A DNA stretch of 32,000 bases from assembly GCF_036323395.1 (NCBI RefSeq), contig NZ_AP028907.1, positions 1,170,001 through 1,202,000 of the forward strand, read 5' to 3'. This DNA is from Pyrodictium abyssi (GTDB taxonomy: Archaea; Thermoproteota; Thermoprotei_A; Sulfolobales; Pyrodictiaceae). Positions 1-9,034 of this stretch are shown piece after piece. The first letter of the stretch is position 1. Every line of letters begins with the position of its first letter. The translations under genes were made by a program, and so were the position numbers. The notes under the pieces are model-generated. The model was given only the letters and a program-made list of their open reading frames with translations. It made no database searches and was not told the DNA's origin.

Positions 1-89
1 TCGCCGCGGGCATCTTCCACTACCGCGTCTACAGCGTCAGGGAGGTCAAGGAGTACCTGGCCGAGAGGGGCGTGGAGGTGAGGCTCTAG
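1..89 (+). CDS. hisF: 3' end of imidazole glycerol phosphate synthase cyclase subunit HisF (partial, runs off the left edge)
   Basis: Frame 3 reads AAGIFHYRVYSVREVKEYLAERGVEVRL then TAG at 87-89. This matches the typical HisF C-terminus pattern (FH...i.elK.yL...Gv.vR). It lies 2 nt upstream of hisD. Confidence 0.7.
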   Translation, partial: AAGIFHYRVYSVREVKEYLAERGVEVRL

Positions 90-91
90 CC

Positions 92-1363
92 GTGCCCCGT
101 CTAGTCTACGCCGAGTGGCCCCGGGGCCCCGGCTCCGAGGAGCTGCGGGCTCTCCTCGGGAGGAGCTACAGCCTCGACGAGTACGTGGAAAGAGTCCGCC
201 CGATCGTGGAGGACGTGAGGCGCCGGGGCTACGAGGCGGCAAGGGAGTACAGCGAGCGGTTCGACGGCGTGGGGCTCGAGGACCCCAGGGTCCCCCGGGA
301 GGTGATGAGGGAGGCCCTAGAGAGCCTCCCAGCGGAGGTAGCGGGGGCGCTTGAGAGGGCTGTGGAGGCTGTCCGGCTCTACCACGTCTCCACCCGGCCC
401 GCGGAGACCGGGGTCCCGGGGGCCCGGCTGCGCTGGCTCCCCGTGGAGCGGGTCGCCGCCTACGCGCCGGGCGGCATGCACCCCTACCCCTCCACCGTGG
501 TACACACAGTGGTGCCGGCGAGGGCTGCTGGCTGCGGCCGCGTCGTGGTGGCGTCGCCGCCGTGCCGGGGCGGGGGCTGCCGTGGGTTCCCCGTGCACCC
601 CGCTGTGCTCGCCGCAGCCTACCTCGCGGGCGCCGACATGGTCTATGCCCTGGGCGGCGCACAGGCGGTGGCGGCACTGGCCTACGGCGCCGAGCCCGTG
701 GAGCGGGTCGACATGGTGGTGGGGCCGGGGAGCCCCTACGTGCAGGCCGCTAAGCTGCTCGTGTCCGGCGTCGTCGGCGTGGACATGGTGGCCGGGCCCA
801 CGGAGCTAGCGGTGGTGGCGGACTGTAGCGCTGACCCCAGGCAGGTAGCGCTCGACATGCTGGCGGAGGCCGAGCACGGCCCCCTCAGCCTAGCGGTCCT
901 GGCGACGCCCTGCCGCGGCCTAGCCGACGAGGTCTACGAGGCCCTCCGGCGCGAGGCCCGGGAGGGCATAGGCGACCTAGCGGTGGCCGTTACCCCGGGC
1001 GTCGAGGAGGCCCTGGGGCTAGCAGCCGCGATGGCGCCGGAGCACCTTGTAGCCTACCTCGAGGACCCCGGCCCGGTGCTCGAGCGCCGCGTCGGCGCCG
1101 GGGTGGTGAGCCTAGGGGTGCCGCCAGCGCTGCTCGACTACGCCTACGGGCCGAGCCACGTGCTGCCCACCGGCGGCGCCGCGAGGTGGAGGGGCGGGCT
1201 CAGCGTCTACACCTTCCTCCGGCCCGTAGCGCACGTGGAGCCCGGGCTCGAGGAGCGCTACCTAGAGGCCGCGGTGATCCTCGCCAGGCTCGAGGGCTTC
1301 GAGAACCATGCCCGTAGCCTGGAGCACAGGCTAGAGGAGCTAAGGAGGGCGAAGAGCCGGTGA
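92..1363 (+). CDS. hisD: Histidinol dehydrogenase
   Basis: 423-aa ORF with a GTG start. HisD hallmarks are present: VGPGSPYVQAAK, AGPTELAVVAD, AEAEHGP and GPSHVLPTGGAARW. The stop overlaps the hisE start (GTGA at 1360-1363). Confidence 0.95.
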   Translation: MPRLVYAEWPRGPGSEELRALLGRSYSLDEYVERVRPIVEDVRRRGYEAAREYSERFDGVGLEDPRVPREVMREALESLPAEVAGALERAVEAVRLYHVSTRPAETGVPGARLRWLPVERVAAYAPGGMHPYPSTVVHTVVPARAAGCGRVVVASPPCRGGGCRGFPVHPAVLAAAYLAGADMVYALGGAQAVAALAYGAEPVERVDMVVGPGSPYVQAAKLLVSGVVGVDMVAGPTELAVVADCSADPRQVALDMLAEAEHGPLSLAVLATPCRGLADEVYEALRREAREGIGDLAVAVTPGVEEALGLAAAMAPEHLVAYLEDPGPVLERRVGAGVVSLGVPPALLDYAYGPSHVLPTGGAARWRGGLSVYTFLRPVAHVEPGLEERYLEAAVILARLEGFENHARSLEHRLEELRRAKSR

Positions 1364-1662
1364 GCAGCGGCTGCCTCGGGTTCCTCGAGGAGCTCGACAG
1401 GGTGATAGAGCAGCGGGCCCGGGAGCTGCCCGAGGGCAGCTACACCGCTAAGCTGCTCCGGGACCCGGCGCTGGCGGCCAGGAAGCTCGGCGAGGAGGCC
1501 GCGGAGGCCATGGTGGAGGCGCTGGCGGGGACCCGGGAGAGGCTGGTAGAGGAGGCCGCCGACCTCCTATACCACCTCATGGTGGTGCTCCGGCTCCGCG
1601 GCGCAAGCCTATGCGACGTAGCCAGGGCGCTGGAGGCGAGGGCGGGTTGGCGCCGAGGGTAG
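1360..1662 (+). CDS. hisE: Phosphoribosyl-ATP pyrophosphatase
   Basis: 100-aa ORF. SYTAKLLRD...KLGEEAAEA...EEAADLLYHLMVVL is the MazG-like HisE signature. Confidence 0.9.
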   Translation: MSSGCLGFLEELDRVIEQRARELPEGSYTAKLLRDPALAARKLGEEAAEAMVEALAGTRERLVEEAADLLYHLMVVLRLRGASLCDVARALEARAGWRRG

Positions 1663-1664
1663 CA

Positions 1665-2267
1665 GTGATACGCTACGGCGTCGGCAACATCTACAGCATC
1701 GTCTCGGGGCTGCGCCGCGCCGGCGCAGAGCCGGTGGTCGTGGACTGCCTCCGAGACCCCGGCGGGTGGGACGGCGTAGTCCTGCCCGGCGTCGGCGCCT
1801 ACGCGGCGGCCTCGATGAGGCTCCACCAGTGCGCCCAGGAGATACGCGAGGCGCTCCGGATGGGCGCCAGCCTCCTAGGCGTCTGCCTCGGCCTACAGCT
1901 GGTCTTCACGGATAGCCGCGAGGCGGGGGAGCACAGCTACGGGCTCAGCCTGCTACCCGGCACCGTGGAGAAGCTAGCAGCAGCCAAGCTGCCCCACATC
2001 GGCTGGAGCCGGGTCTACCGGGTCCCCGGCCGGGACTGCAGGCTCCTAGAGGGCGTGGAGGACGGGAGCCACTTCTACTACGTGCACAGCTACGCCTACA
2101 CCAGTGTCTGGGAGCCCTGGGTCTGCGCCGTCAGCCGCTACGGCGAGACAGTCTACGCGGCGGTCGTCGAGCAGCCGCCGGTCTACGCTACCCAGTTCCA
2201 CCCCGAGAGGAGCAGCCGCCTCGGCCAACGGGTGCTCCGCAACTGGGTCGCACTGCTCCGCAGCTAG
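1665..2267 (+). CDS. hisH: Imidazole glycerol phosphate synthase glutamine amidotransferase subunit
   Basis: The ORF is open from 1611, but the GTG at 1665, just after the hisE stop, gives the canonical N-terminus (V)IRYGVGNIYS. Motifs LPGVGAY, GVCLGLQL (nucleophile Cys), YYVHSY and QFHPERS are present. Confidence 0.9.
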   Translation: MIRYGVGNIYSIVSGLRRAGAEPVVVDCLRDPGGWDGVVLPGVGAYAAASMRLHQCAQEIREALRMGASLLGVCLGLQLVFTDSREAGEHSYGLSLLPGTVEKLAAAKLPHIGWSRVYRVPGRDCRLLEGVEDGSHFYYVHSYAYTSVWEPWVCAVSRYGETVYAAVVEQPPVYATQFHPERSSRLGQRVLRNWVALLRS

Positions 2268-2318
2268 CCCCGGCGCACCGACCGGTACACAGCCCATGCC
2301 ACACGGGGGATACCCGCC

Positions 2319-3116
2319 ATGGGGGAGGAGAAGGGCGGGGAGAGGAGGCTCATACCCGTAGCAGTGGTAGACGCTGTCACCGGCGAGCCCCTAATGCTAG
2401 CCTACGCCGACCAGGAGGCCCTAGACCTGACCAGGGAGACGGGCCTAGCCCACTTCTACTCCCGTAGCCGCGGCAGCCTCTGGCTCAAGGGCGGCTCGAG
2501 CGGCGGGCTCCTAGACGTGGTCCGGGTCCTAGGCGACTGCGACGGCGACGCAGCAGCCTACGTGGCCCGGCCCAGGCGCCACGTATGCCACCTGGGCCGG
2601 AGGAGCTGCTTCCACAACACGCTGCTCGACCGCCGCCGCGAGCTGCTCGAACAGCTGCTGGAGGAGACCCGGCCCCACACCAGGATCGATGGGGCCCGGG
2701 TGCTGCACCCCCTCGCCACCTGGGCGCCGCCCCCGCCGCCGCTCCTCACAGCGCTAGCAGCGGAGCTGCTGGCCGAGAGGATACGCTCCCGGGCAGGCCC
2801 AGGGCTCACAGCCGTGCTAGCGCCCGAGGGCCCTGGAGGCCTGCTCGCGCTCCTAGCAGCCCAGAAGCTGGCCGTACCCCTCCACCTGGCCCGCGGCGGC
2901 CGCGCCCCAGAGAGCATCGGCGAGACAGACCGCGTCGCGGTCTACGCGCCCAGCCCAGCCGAGACCCAGGAGCTCGCAGAAGAGGCGCAGAAACGAGGCG
3001 CCCATGTGGCGGCTGTGGCGGCCCTAGCAGCCCCCGCCGGCGGGGACACCGGGGGCGTAGACGTGCTCATACGGGCCGAGCATGGCCACCCACCACGCCT
3101 AAGGCTAGCACTCTAG
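2319..3116 (+). CDS. hisI: Phosphoribosyl-AMP cyclohydrolase (HisI) fused to a C-terminal degenerate type-I phosphoribosyltransferase-like domain
   Basis: The N-terminal ~105 aa (LIPVAVVD..GEPLMLAYADQEAL..THFYSRSRGSLWLKGGSSG..DCDGDA..C.LGRRSCFH) is HisI. The C-terminal ~150 aa (LTAVLAPEGPGGLLALLAAQKLAVPLHLARGG...RVAVYAPSPAETQELAEEAQKRGAHVAAVAALA) aligns by eye with the PRTase domain of the 21799-22527 protein. It lacks the acidic VDD..TG PRPP loop. Confidence 0.85.
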   Translation: MGEEKGGERRLIPVAVVDAVTGEPLMLAYADQEALDLTRETGLAHFYSRSRGSLWLKGGSSGGLLDVVRVLGDCDGDAAAYVARPRRHVCHLGRRSCFHNTLLDRRRELLEQLLEETRPHTRIDGARVLHPLATWAPPPPPLLTALAAELLAERIRSRAGPGLTAVLAPEGPGGLLALLAAQKLAVPLHLARGGRAPESIGETDRVAVYAPSPAETQELAEEAQKRGAHVAAVAALAAPAGGDTGGVDVLIRAEHGHPPRLRLAL

Positions 3117-3148
3117 CCAGGAAGCCACCATCTACACCGTAAACGCCG

Positions 3149-5319
3149 CTAGGACCACTTCCCGCAGGCCTTGGACACGGCCTCCAGGAGCCTCCTAAAC
3201 TCCTCCGCTTTCTCGAGGCCGCCGGCCCCGTCCGCCTCTAGGAGCAGCTGGGGCAGGAAACACTTTTCGCAGTCCCTCCTACGCCGCCTCCAGTACTCGT
3301 TCACAGCCCGTACCGGCCCCCGGCTGCACGGCTTGTCCCGGCAGCCCCGCAGCCCGGGCGCAGTACACGCCAGCGCCTCCATGCAGGGGCCGACTGCTAT
3401 CACCTCGGCGCCTCCGCCTAGCCTGTGCTTCTCGCGGACACTCCTCTCCCGCTCACCAGCCCGGCCCAGCTCGGCGTCGACGAGGATAACCACGCGCCGG
3501 CCGCTCCCAAGATGGGCCCTAACTATCCTAGTCATCTTCGCGCTACAGACCGGGAGGTGCAGCACCATGAAGCAGCGGAGGCCCCGGCGGCCAAGGAGCC
3601 AGCTCTAGAGCCCTCTTCGCGTAACGGTCCTCAACGACCACTACCACCCTACTACCCGCCAACGCCTCCAGCGCCCCACGCCTACCTGTCTCCAGGAGGC
3701 CGTAGAGGAGCGCCTCACTAGGCGTTACACCGAGCTCCCTCAGCTTCTCCGCGAGCCTCTCAGGGTCGCGGACCCTCCTAACCTTGGTCTCACCCGCCTC
3801 TATCTCGACCAGGGCAACCTCGTCCAGGCTCTTAGCAGCGTCAACCACCACCGGGGAGTGGGTAGCAACGATAGCCGTCGGCACGCTACGCCTAAGCTCC
3901 TCCAGCAGCAGCTCCTGGGCAGAGACGCGTGGAGACTATTCTCGAACTCGTCGACCGCGACAAGGCTGGCCCCGCTCAGCACAGCAGCCATAACAGCCAT
4001 AGTCTTCCAGGCCCCCTCGGGCACAGAAGGCTGAGCAACCTCCACATTTTCGACCACGAGCCGGAACGCCACACTGCCGTCCGGCGTAGGCTCAAAGAAC
4101 CCCGAGACACTACCAGCACCCAGAACGTCGGCAAGCACGGCAGCCACGTCCTCCGGGAGACGGCCACGCCCAAGCCGGAACAGCGCCGAGAGAAGGTTAG
4201 ACCCGTCCTCCCTGAGCCCCCGGGCTCCAGCACCTGCGGCGAACGCAGAGAACGATAATCAAGCAAACGAAGAACAACAATACCATCAATGAACAACCCA
4301 ACCAGATACGCCGCCGCAATCAATACTGCAACGATATTCGTAACTATGCTGGACCCTAGGCTCAGAGCCAGCCTCCTGGCAACACCGCCCACGATACCCG
4401 GAAACTTGCCTACCTTCTTCTTTCTTCCTGCTAGTCTGCTCACGAGGCAGCTGACAAGCTGCTCAGCAGGTTTAGTAAAGTCCAGCTTACTAAATACTAC
4501 AGCAGCTATACTCTCCCATAGAAGGTGTGAAACAATAGCATCTGCTTCTTCGAAGATATCGACCAGGTAGTTTGCTTTACCAACACGATCAAGATAGAGA
4601 TCAAGGACTCCTCTGGCCGGTATAACTTCCGCTGCAGGAGTGTCTCCGGTTAGTGACTTCTCCTCGAGTAGTGCAATGATCTGGTCTCTAAGTTGCTGTA
4701 GTAGATTATCTCTCTAAGTACTGCATACAAGAACATCTTCGGTTATTTTTGTAGCTATAGGCAAGATATCCATAGCGATACTTCCATGATACACCGGAGG
4801 TCTATGTGGCAATGATTTTGCTATTTTGAGGACCACGCCTTTCGGACTGAAAGCCTAGACAGCCTGTTCTACCAACACATACCTCGTCCTCGACTATCTG
4901 GAATTGTCCGCCGGTGCCAGATACTACAAGACTATATCTTGACTTTTCCCATACTGTCACGTATTGCTTCCTTAACGCTCTCTGCTCCCAGCTTTTCCTC
5001 TAAGAGTTTTGCTAGTTCCTCTTTGCTGCATGTGCTGCAGTCTAGGGTTATGGATATGGTTATGGGCTTGGTTTCGTCGTGCATCCATACGGCGTGGCGG
5101 TAGCCCCACCAGCGTAGGAACGGGTTGGCTACGCGGCCTCGGAGGTAGTCGAGGGTGTCCCGGAGGAGTAGCAGCGACTCTATGATGGCTGTCTTGCCTG
5201 AGCCGTTGGGGCCTACGAGTATCGTGAGCCTGGTTGGGAGCTCGAGCCTAGTATCCCCGTAGGGACTTGAAGCCGGAGACGCGTAGCTCTGCGAGCCTGC
5301 AGCAGGTGGGCCGGGGGTT
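3149..5319 (-). pseudogene. Decayed OLD-like ABC-type ATPase fused or adjacent to a TOPRIM-like domain, with multiple frameshifts and an in-frame stop
   Basis: Minus-strand fragments lie in different frames:
- ~5265-5235: VSGFKSLRG.
- 5232-4930: DTRLELPTRLTILVGPNGSGKTAIIESL (Walker A).
- Helical middle, with an in-frame TAG at 4714-4716.
- ~4250-3930: SLVAVDEFENSLHA (Walker B).
- 3884-3543: AIVATHSP (H-loop), continuing to SRVVVVVEDRY (TOPRIM Glu strand).
- 3568-3149: RRVVILVDAELG ... EVIAVGPCMEAL.
The total ATPase part (~545 aa) is the same size as the intact paralog at 17582-19183. No start codon remains. Confidence 0.7.
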
Positions 5320-5494
5320 CTACACCCTTGTTCCTCCCGTGTAGCGTAGTATAGCGGCCCGGGACGGGGGCATAAGCGTCTATGGCCCCCGGGGCGCCCG
5401 GTGATGCCGGGCCCATTGCGTACCCTGTCGTCCTGCTTGGCCGTGCATCTTTTCTCGGTGATACCGGGGGTGTTGTAGGCGGGCTCTCCCGGCC

Positions 5495-6199
5495 TTGTCT
5501 AAGCGTTTCGAGCGCATGTATGCCCGGCTGGCCGTGCTCGCGGAGAGGATGGGCGTCGGGGATCTCCTCGGCCCGGTCGTGGAGAGGCTCGCGGCGCTCT
5601 ACAGCCGGGGCGTGCTGGGCGCGAGCCACGTGGTGCTCGAGCTCGTCGCCGCTGGGTGGCTCGCCCGCGAGGGCTACACGGTGTCGGTGGAGGAGCCTGT
5701 GGACGGGCTCATAGCCGACGTGGTGGCCAGGGCGGGGCGCGAGATGCTCCTGGTGGAGGTCGAGACGGGCTACACTCCGCCCCGGTGGAGCCACGCGCCC
5801 CTAGCCTACCACGCGGCCCGGCTAGCGGCCAAGACCGCCCGGTACAGCAGGCTCGGCGACAGATTCGCCCTCGCCTACCCCCTGGGCTACGCCGCGCCCC
5901 TGCACCCCGCGCTGCTCGAGCCCCCGTGGCGCCGGAGCCAGGGGATGCTAGCGGAGCTGAAGAGCCTGGTTGACCGGTTCTACAGGAGGCCACCCATACC
6001 CCTAGAAGCCTTCATGGATGCACGTCTCGACGCTGTGCTCCTCCTCGACCCAGACAACGCCGCGGCCTACTGGGCCCCGCCGAGCCACGCCCCCGGCCTA
6101 CAGGTGCTGGCGCTCCAGGCGGCGCTCTCCACCCTGACCAGCCCCGGCGGCGAGCCAGGCACCGCCAGCCCGGTGGCGGCTACCTCTGCGCCGTCCTAG
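5495..6199 (+). CDS. Hypothetical protein with a possible PD-(D/E)xK nuclease-like core
   Basis: 234-aa ORF with host-like codon usage (TTG at 5495 or ATG at 5516). GLIADVVARAGREMLLVEVETGY resembles a D...(E)xE/K restriction-endonuclease-fold core. The opposite-strand ORF 5213-5794 is R/P-rich shadow. Confidence 0.55.
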   Translation: MSKRFERMYARLAVLAERMGVGDLLGPVVERLAALYSRGVLGASHVVLELVAAGWLAREGYTVSVEEPVDGLIADVVARAGREMLLVEVETGYTPPRWSHAPLAYHAARLAAKTARYSRLGDRFALAYPLGYAAPLHPALLEPPWRRSQGMLAELKSLVDRFYRRPPIPLEAFMDARLDAVLLLDPDNAAAYWAPPSHAPGLQVLALQAALSTLTSPGGEPGTASPVAATSAPS

Positions 6200-7577
6200 C
6201 GGCTGCTGGCTCTATAACCCGGTTGTGGTGGAGCCACTCGAGGTCTACGGCTATATGGTGCTCCTCTAGTATTGGCTCGTCCAGCCCCCGGGCTACCAGG
6301 ACGTAGTAGTTCCTGGGCGAGGCTAGCCCGGTCTCGCCCGCCTTCTCCTCGAGCTTCTCTAGCGCTCGGCGCGCGTCGGCCCTGCTCAGCCGGGCCCACT
6401 TGGCCTCGATGAAGGCCGTTGCTCTGCCGGGGCTCCTCAGCACCAGGTCTATCTCCATGCCCCGGCGCCACCAGGGCCCCGCCTGCCGCGGCTCCAGGGG
6501 CAGAATGCCCCGCTCCACCATGCGGGCGGCCAGCTGCGGCACGATTGTCTCCTCGAACGCCCGCCCCATGTAGCTGTCTAGCTCCCCGAGTATGGCGCGG
6601 CGCGCCTTCTCCACGGCGCCAGACTCTATCAGGCTCCTCAACGGGAGTATGAAGCTGAACCAGAACCTGAAGAAGTTGTCTCTGAACCGTAGCTGGACGG
6701 GCCTCCTCCTGCCCAGGGGCCGCACCCTCCCCACCAGGTCCAGCTCCTCGAGGACCTCGATGTAGCGGCCGATACTCCTCGGGTCCACTCCCGCTGCCTG
6801 GGCGGCCTCGCTCGGCTCCACCCTGCCCTCGGCGACGGCCCGCAGCAGTGCAAGGTATGTGCGGGGCTCGCGCAGCTCCTGCCGTAGCAGCAGCACCGGC
6901 TCGTCGAGGAGCGGGCTCCCGGGACGAGTAGCCTCCTCTACGAGCTTCTCAGCGGAGGCGCCGGGCCCCAGGAGCGCTAGGTAGGCCGGTGTGCCCCCGG
7001 CTACCCCGTAGAGACGGGCAGCCTCCACAGCGGTAAGCCCTGGGTTGAAGCCCCAAGCCTCCCAGAACGCCATTGGGCGTAGCCTTAGCTGCCCAGTGCG
7101 GCGGCCGTAGAGCGGCGCCCTGTAGCCGAGCAGCCGCTTCTCGAAGAAGGAGACAGAGGAGCCACAGAGCACCAGCATCATCCCGGAGCCCTTGAGGGCC
7201 GTATCTATGCTCCTCATGAGCCGGCTCGGCAGCGAGGGATCAGCCTCCACAAGGTACTGGAACTCGTCCAGCACCACCACCAGCTTGCCGCCGCCCCGGT
7301 GGAGCCGGGCGAGGGCCTCCAAGACCTCGACAACGTCCCCGGCGACAGGGAGCCCCAAGGCCTCCTTCACCGCCAGGGAGAACTCCCGGGCAAGGCTCTC
7401 GTAGGGCAGCTCAGCAGCCACGTAGTAGACGCATGGCCTGCCGCGGCAGAACCAGCGCAGCAGAAACGTCTTCCCGACACGCCTCCGCCCATACACCACT
7501 AGCAGCCGGAAGCCCGGCTCACGGTACTCCCTTTCGAGGAGCCCCAGCTCCCTCTCCCGGTCAACCAGCACCTCCAC
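6180..7577 (-). CDS. Archaeal ATPase (Arch_ATPase/AAA) with a DUF234-type C-terminal domain
   Basis: 465 aa. DRERELGLLEREY....LLVVYGRRRVGKTFLLRWF (Walker A), LVVVLDEFQYL (Walker B) and a C-terminal GMEIDLVL...AFIEAKW (DUF234-like nuclease-fold tail). Confidence 0.9.
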   Translation of the reverse strand: MEVLVDRERELGLLEREYREPGFRLLVVYGRRRVGKTFLLRWFCRGRPCVYYVAAELPYESLAREFSLAVKEALGLPVAGDVVEVLEALARLHRGGGKLVVVLDEFQYLVEADPSLPSRLMRSIDTALKGSGMMLVLCGSSVSFFEKRLLGYRAPLYGRRTGQLRLRPMAFWEAWGFNPGLTAVEAARLYGVAGGTPAYLALLGPGASAEKLVEEATRPGSPLLDEPVLLLRQELREPRTYLALLRAVAEGRVEPSEAAQAAGVDPRSIGRYIEVLEELDLVGRVRPLGRRRPVQLRFRDNFFRFWFSFILPLRSLIESGAVEKARRAILGELDSYMGRAFEETIVPQLAARMVERGILPLEPRQAGPWWRRGMEIDLVLRSPGRATAFIEAKWARLSRADARRALEKLEEKAGETGLASPRNYYVLVARGLDEPILEEHHIAVDLEWLHHNRVIEPAAARTAQR

Positions 7578-7702
7578 AGGTTTTCGCCCCTAGAGGCGGC
7601 GCCGCGAGAGGCGCTAAAACAGCTGCGACGCTCCCCGGGCCGCACCTCTTTACATGGGTGTTACCCGCGCTGCCGCGTCCAGGGCCGGGGCGGGCGTATG
7701 GG

Positions 7703-8305
7703 CTAGCTCCGCGGAGGCAGAATAGCGCCCTTAGTGGACACTACGCCGCTGCTGGGCGACAGGGCCTGCCGCAGAGCCATGCCCAGCGCCTTGAAGGCCG
7801 CCTCGGCCACGTGGTGATCGTTCCCACCGCGGAGCGTGACCACGTGCAGGGTCATCCCGGCGGCCGCGGCCAGGCTCTGCAGGAAGTGCGGAATATTCTC
7901 CGTCGCTAGGCCCCCTATAGCCTCGCGGCGCAGGGGCAGCTCCACCCAGGCCCCAGGCCGCCCCGAGTAGTCCACAGCCACCAGCACAAGCGCCTCGTCC
8001 ATAGGCACCACAGCGTAGCCGAAGCGCGCTACCCGGTAGCCCCCAGAGGCCACAGCCCGGGCCACAGCCTCGCCCAGCGCCAGCGCCAGATCCTCAGCCA
8101 CGTGGTGGTCATCCACACGCTTAACCTCCTCCACGGCTGCGCGGAGACCCCAGCCAGCGTAGTACGCCAGAGTCTCCACCATGTGGTCCAGGAACGGTAC
8201 ACCGGTCGATACACTGGTCTCCCGCAGCTCCTCTCGGTCCAGGTCCAGGTCCACAATCACCCTGGTCTCCTTTGTCCGGCGCTCAACCTTTACCCGGCGA
8301 GCCAA
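7703..8305 (-). CDS. hisB: Imidazoleglycerol-phosphate dehydratase
   Basis: VERRTKETRV.VDLDLD, GVPFLDHM and DDHHVAEDLALALG. The ORF is open to 8407, but the first 34 codons are non-homologous. The TTG at 8305 gives a canonical ~200-aa IGPD. Confidence 0.9.
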   Translation of the reverse strand: MARRVKVERRTKETRVIVDLDLDREELRETSVSTGVPFLDHMVETLAYYAGWGLRAAVEEVKRVDDHHVAEDLALALGEAVARAVASGGYRVARFGYAVVPMDEALVLVAVDYSGRPGAWVELPLRREAIGGLATENIPHFLQSLAAAAGMTLHVVTLRGGNDHHVAEAAFKALGMALRQALSPSSGVVSTKGAILPPRS

Positions 8306-9034
8306 TACAGCACACCCGGGGCCACAGAGGCCAGGCCGCCGGGTAATAGGTCCAGGGGACGGCCCAGCCGTACACGCTGTCTCGAAACAGAGGCCAGGCA
8401 GGCGCACAGGTACACCAGCCCACAGGTAAGCACACCCAGCTAACTATAGCATGCCCAAAACAACACAGCACACGTACACCAGCAGCAGAACAAAACAGCG
8501 CAAGCTACAATATGCGACAAGGCATACAGTATACTTTACACCGGCACCGCTAGAGTCGCACTATATTGCAACTTATTATCAAGGGTGCTTATACTGGGCT
8601 TGTCTTACCTGTGCCCGGGCTTAGCTGTAGCCGGGCCCCGCTACATGTTACCCCAGCGTGCACCAGGCAAGCCAGGCGCTGTAACAGTGAGACCTCCGGT
8701 AGTTAGTTAAGGAGAACCAGGTATAGACGAATTGTATACTTTAGACGTGCGCCCGGCATATAAGTGGCAAACTGCACAGTAAAACTACATGGAGAACAGA
8801 TACGGAGAAAGGTTTGAGAGGTGAACCCGTCTGTGAACAAGCTCGTATACATACTCGTACCCCTAGCGGTCGCCGCGCTAGCAGCCGCAGGCTACGTCTA
8901 CCTAGGAGGCGGAGAAGCAGCCCCAGCGACACAGACAGCAGCCACCGCTGCGCCGGCCGCGACGCAGACAGCTGCACCCCGGGGCGCCCGGGCAGGGCCA
9001 CGGCCCCGGCGCCGGCGGAGGCCCGGCAAGGGGC

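Noticed and set aside
3976-4443. A 155-aa ORF with a hydrophobic stretch (IVTNIVAVLIAAAYLVGLFIDGIVVL) that could be read as a small membrane protein.
   Set aside because: Only its first third is in a sensible frame, and that frame continues upstream without a start as the middle of the ATPase pseudogene. The remaining two thirds is an out-of-frame shadow of the ATPase Walker-B region.
8306-8407. The N-terminal 34-codon extension of the hisB ORF (MRLPGLCFETACTAGPSPGP...).
   Set aside because: It has no counterpart in IGPD proteins. The TTG at 8305 yields the canonical length, and the extension runs into the CA-rich non-coding tract.
8815-8828. The 12-mer GAGGTGAACCCG, shared between the DUF2202 upstream ORF start (8815-8826) and the hairpin region at 21147-21160.
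   Set aside because: A single shared 12-mer within a 32-kb window is within chance expectation, and there is no extended similarity around it.
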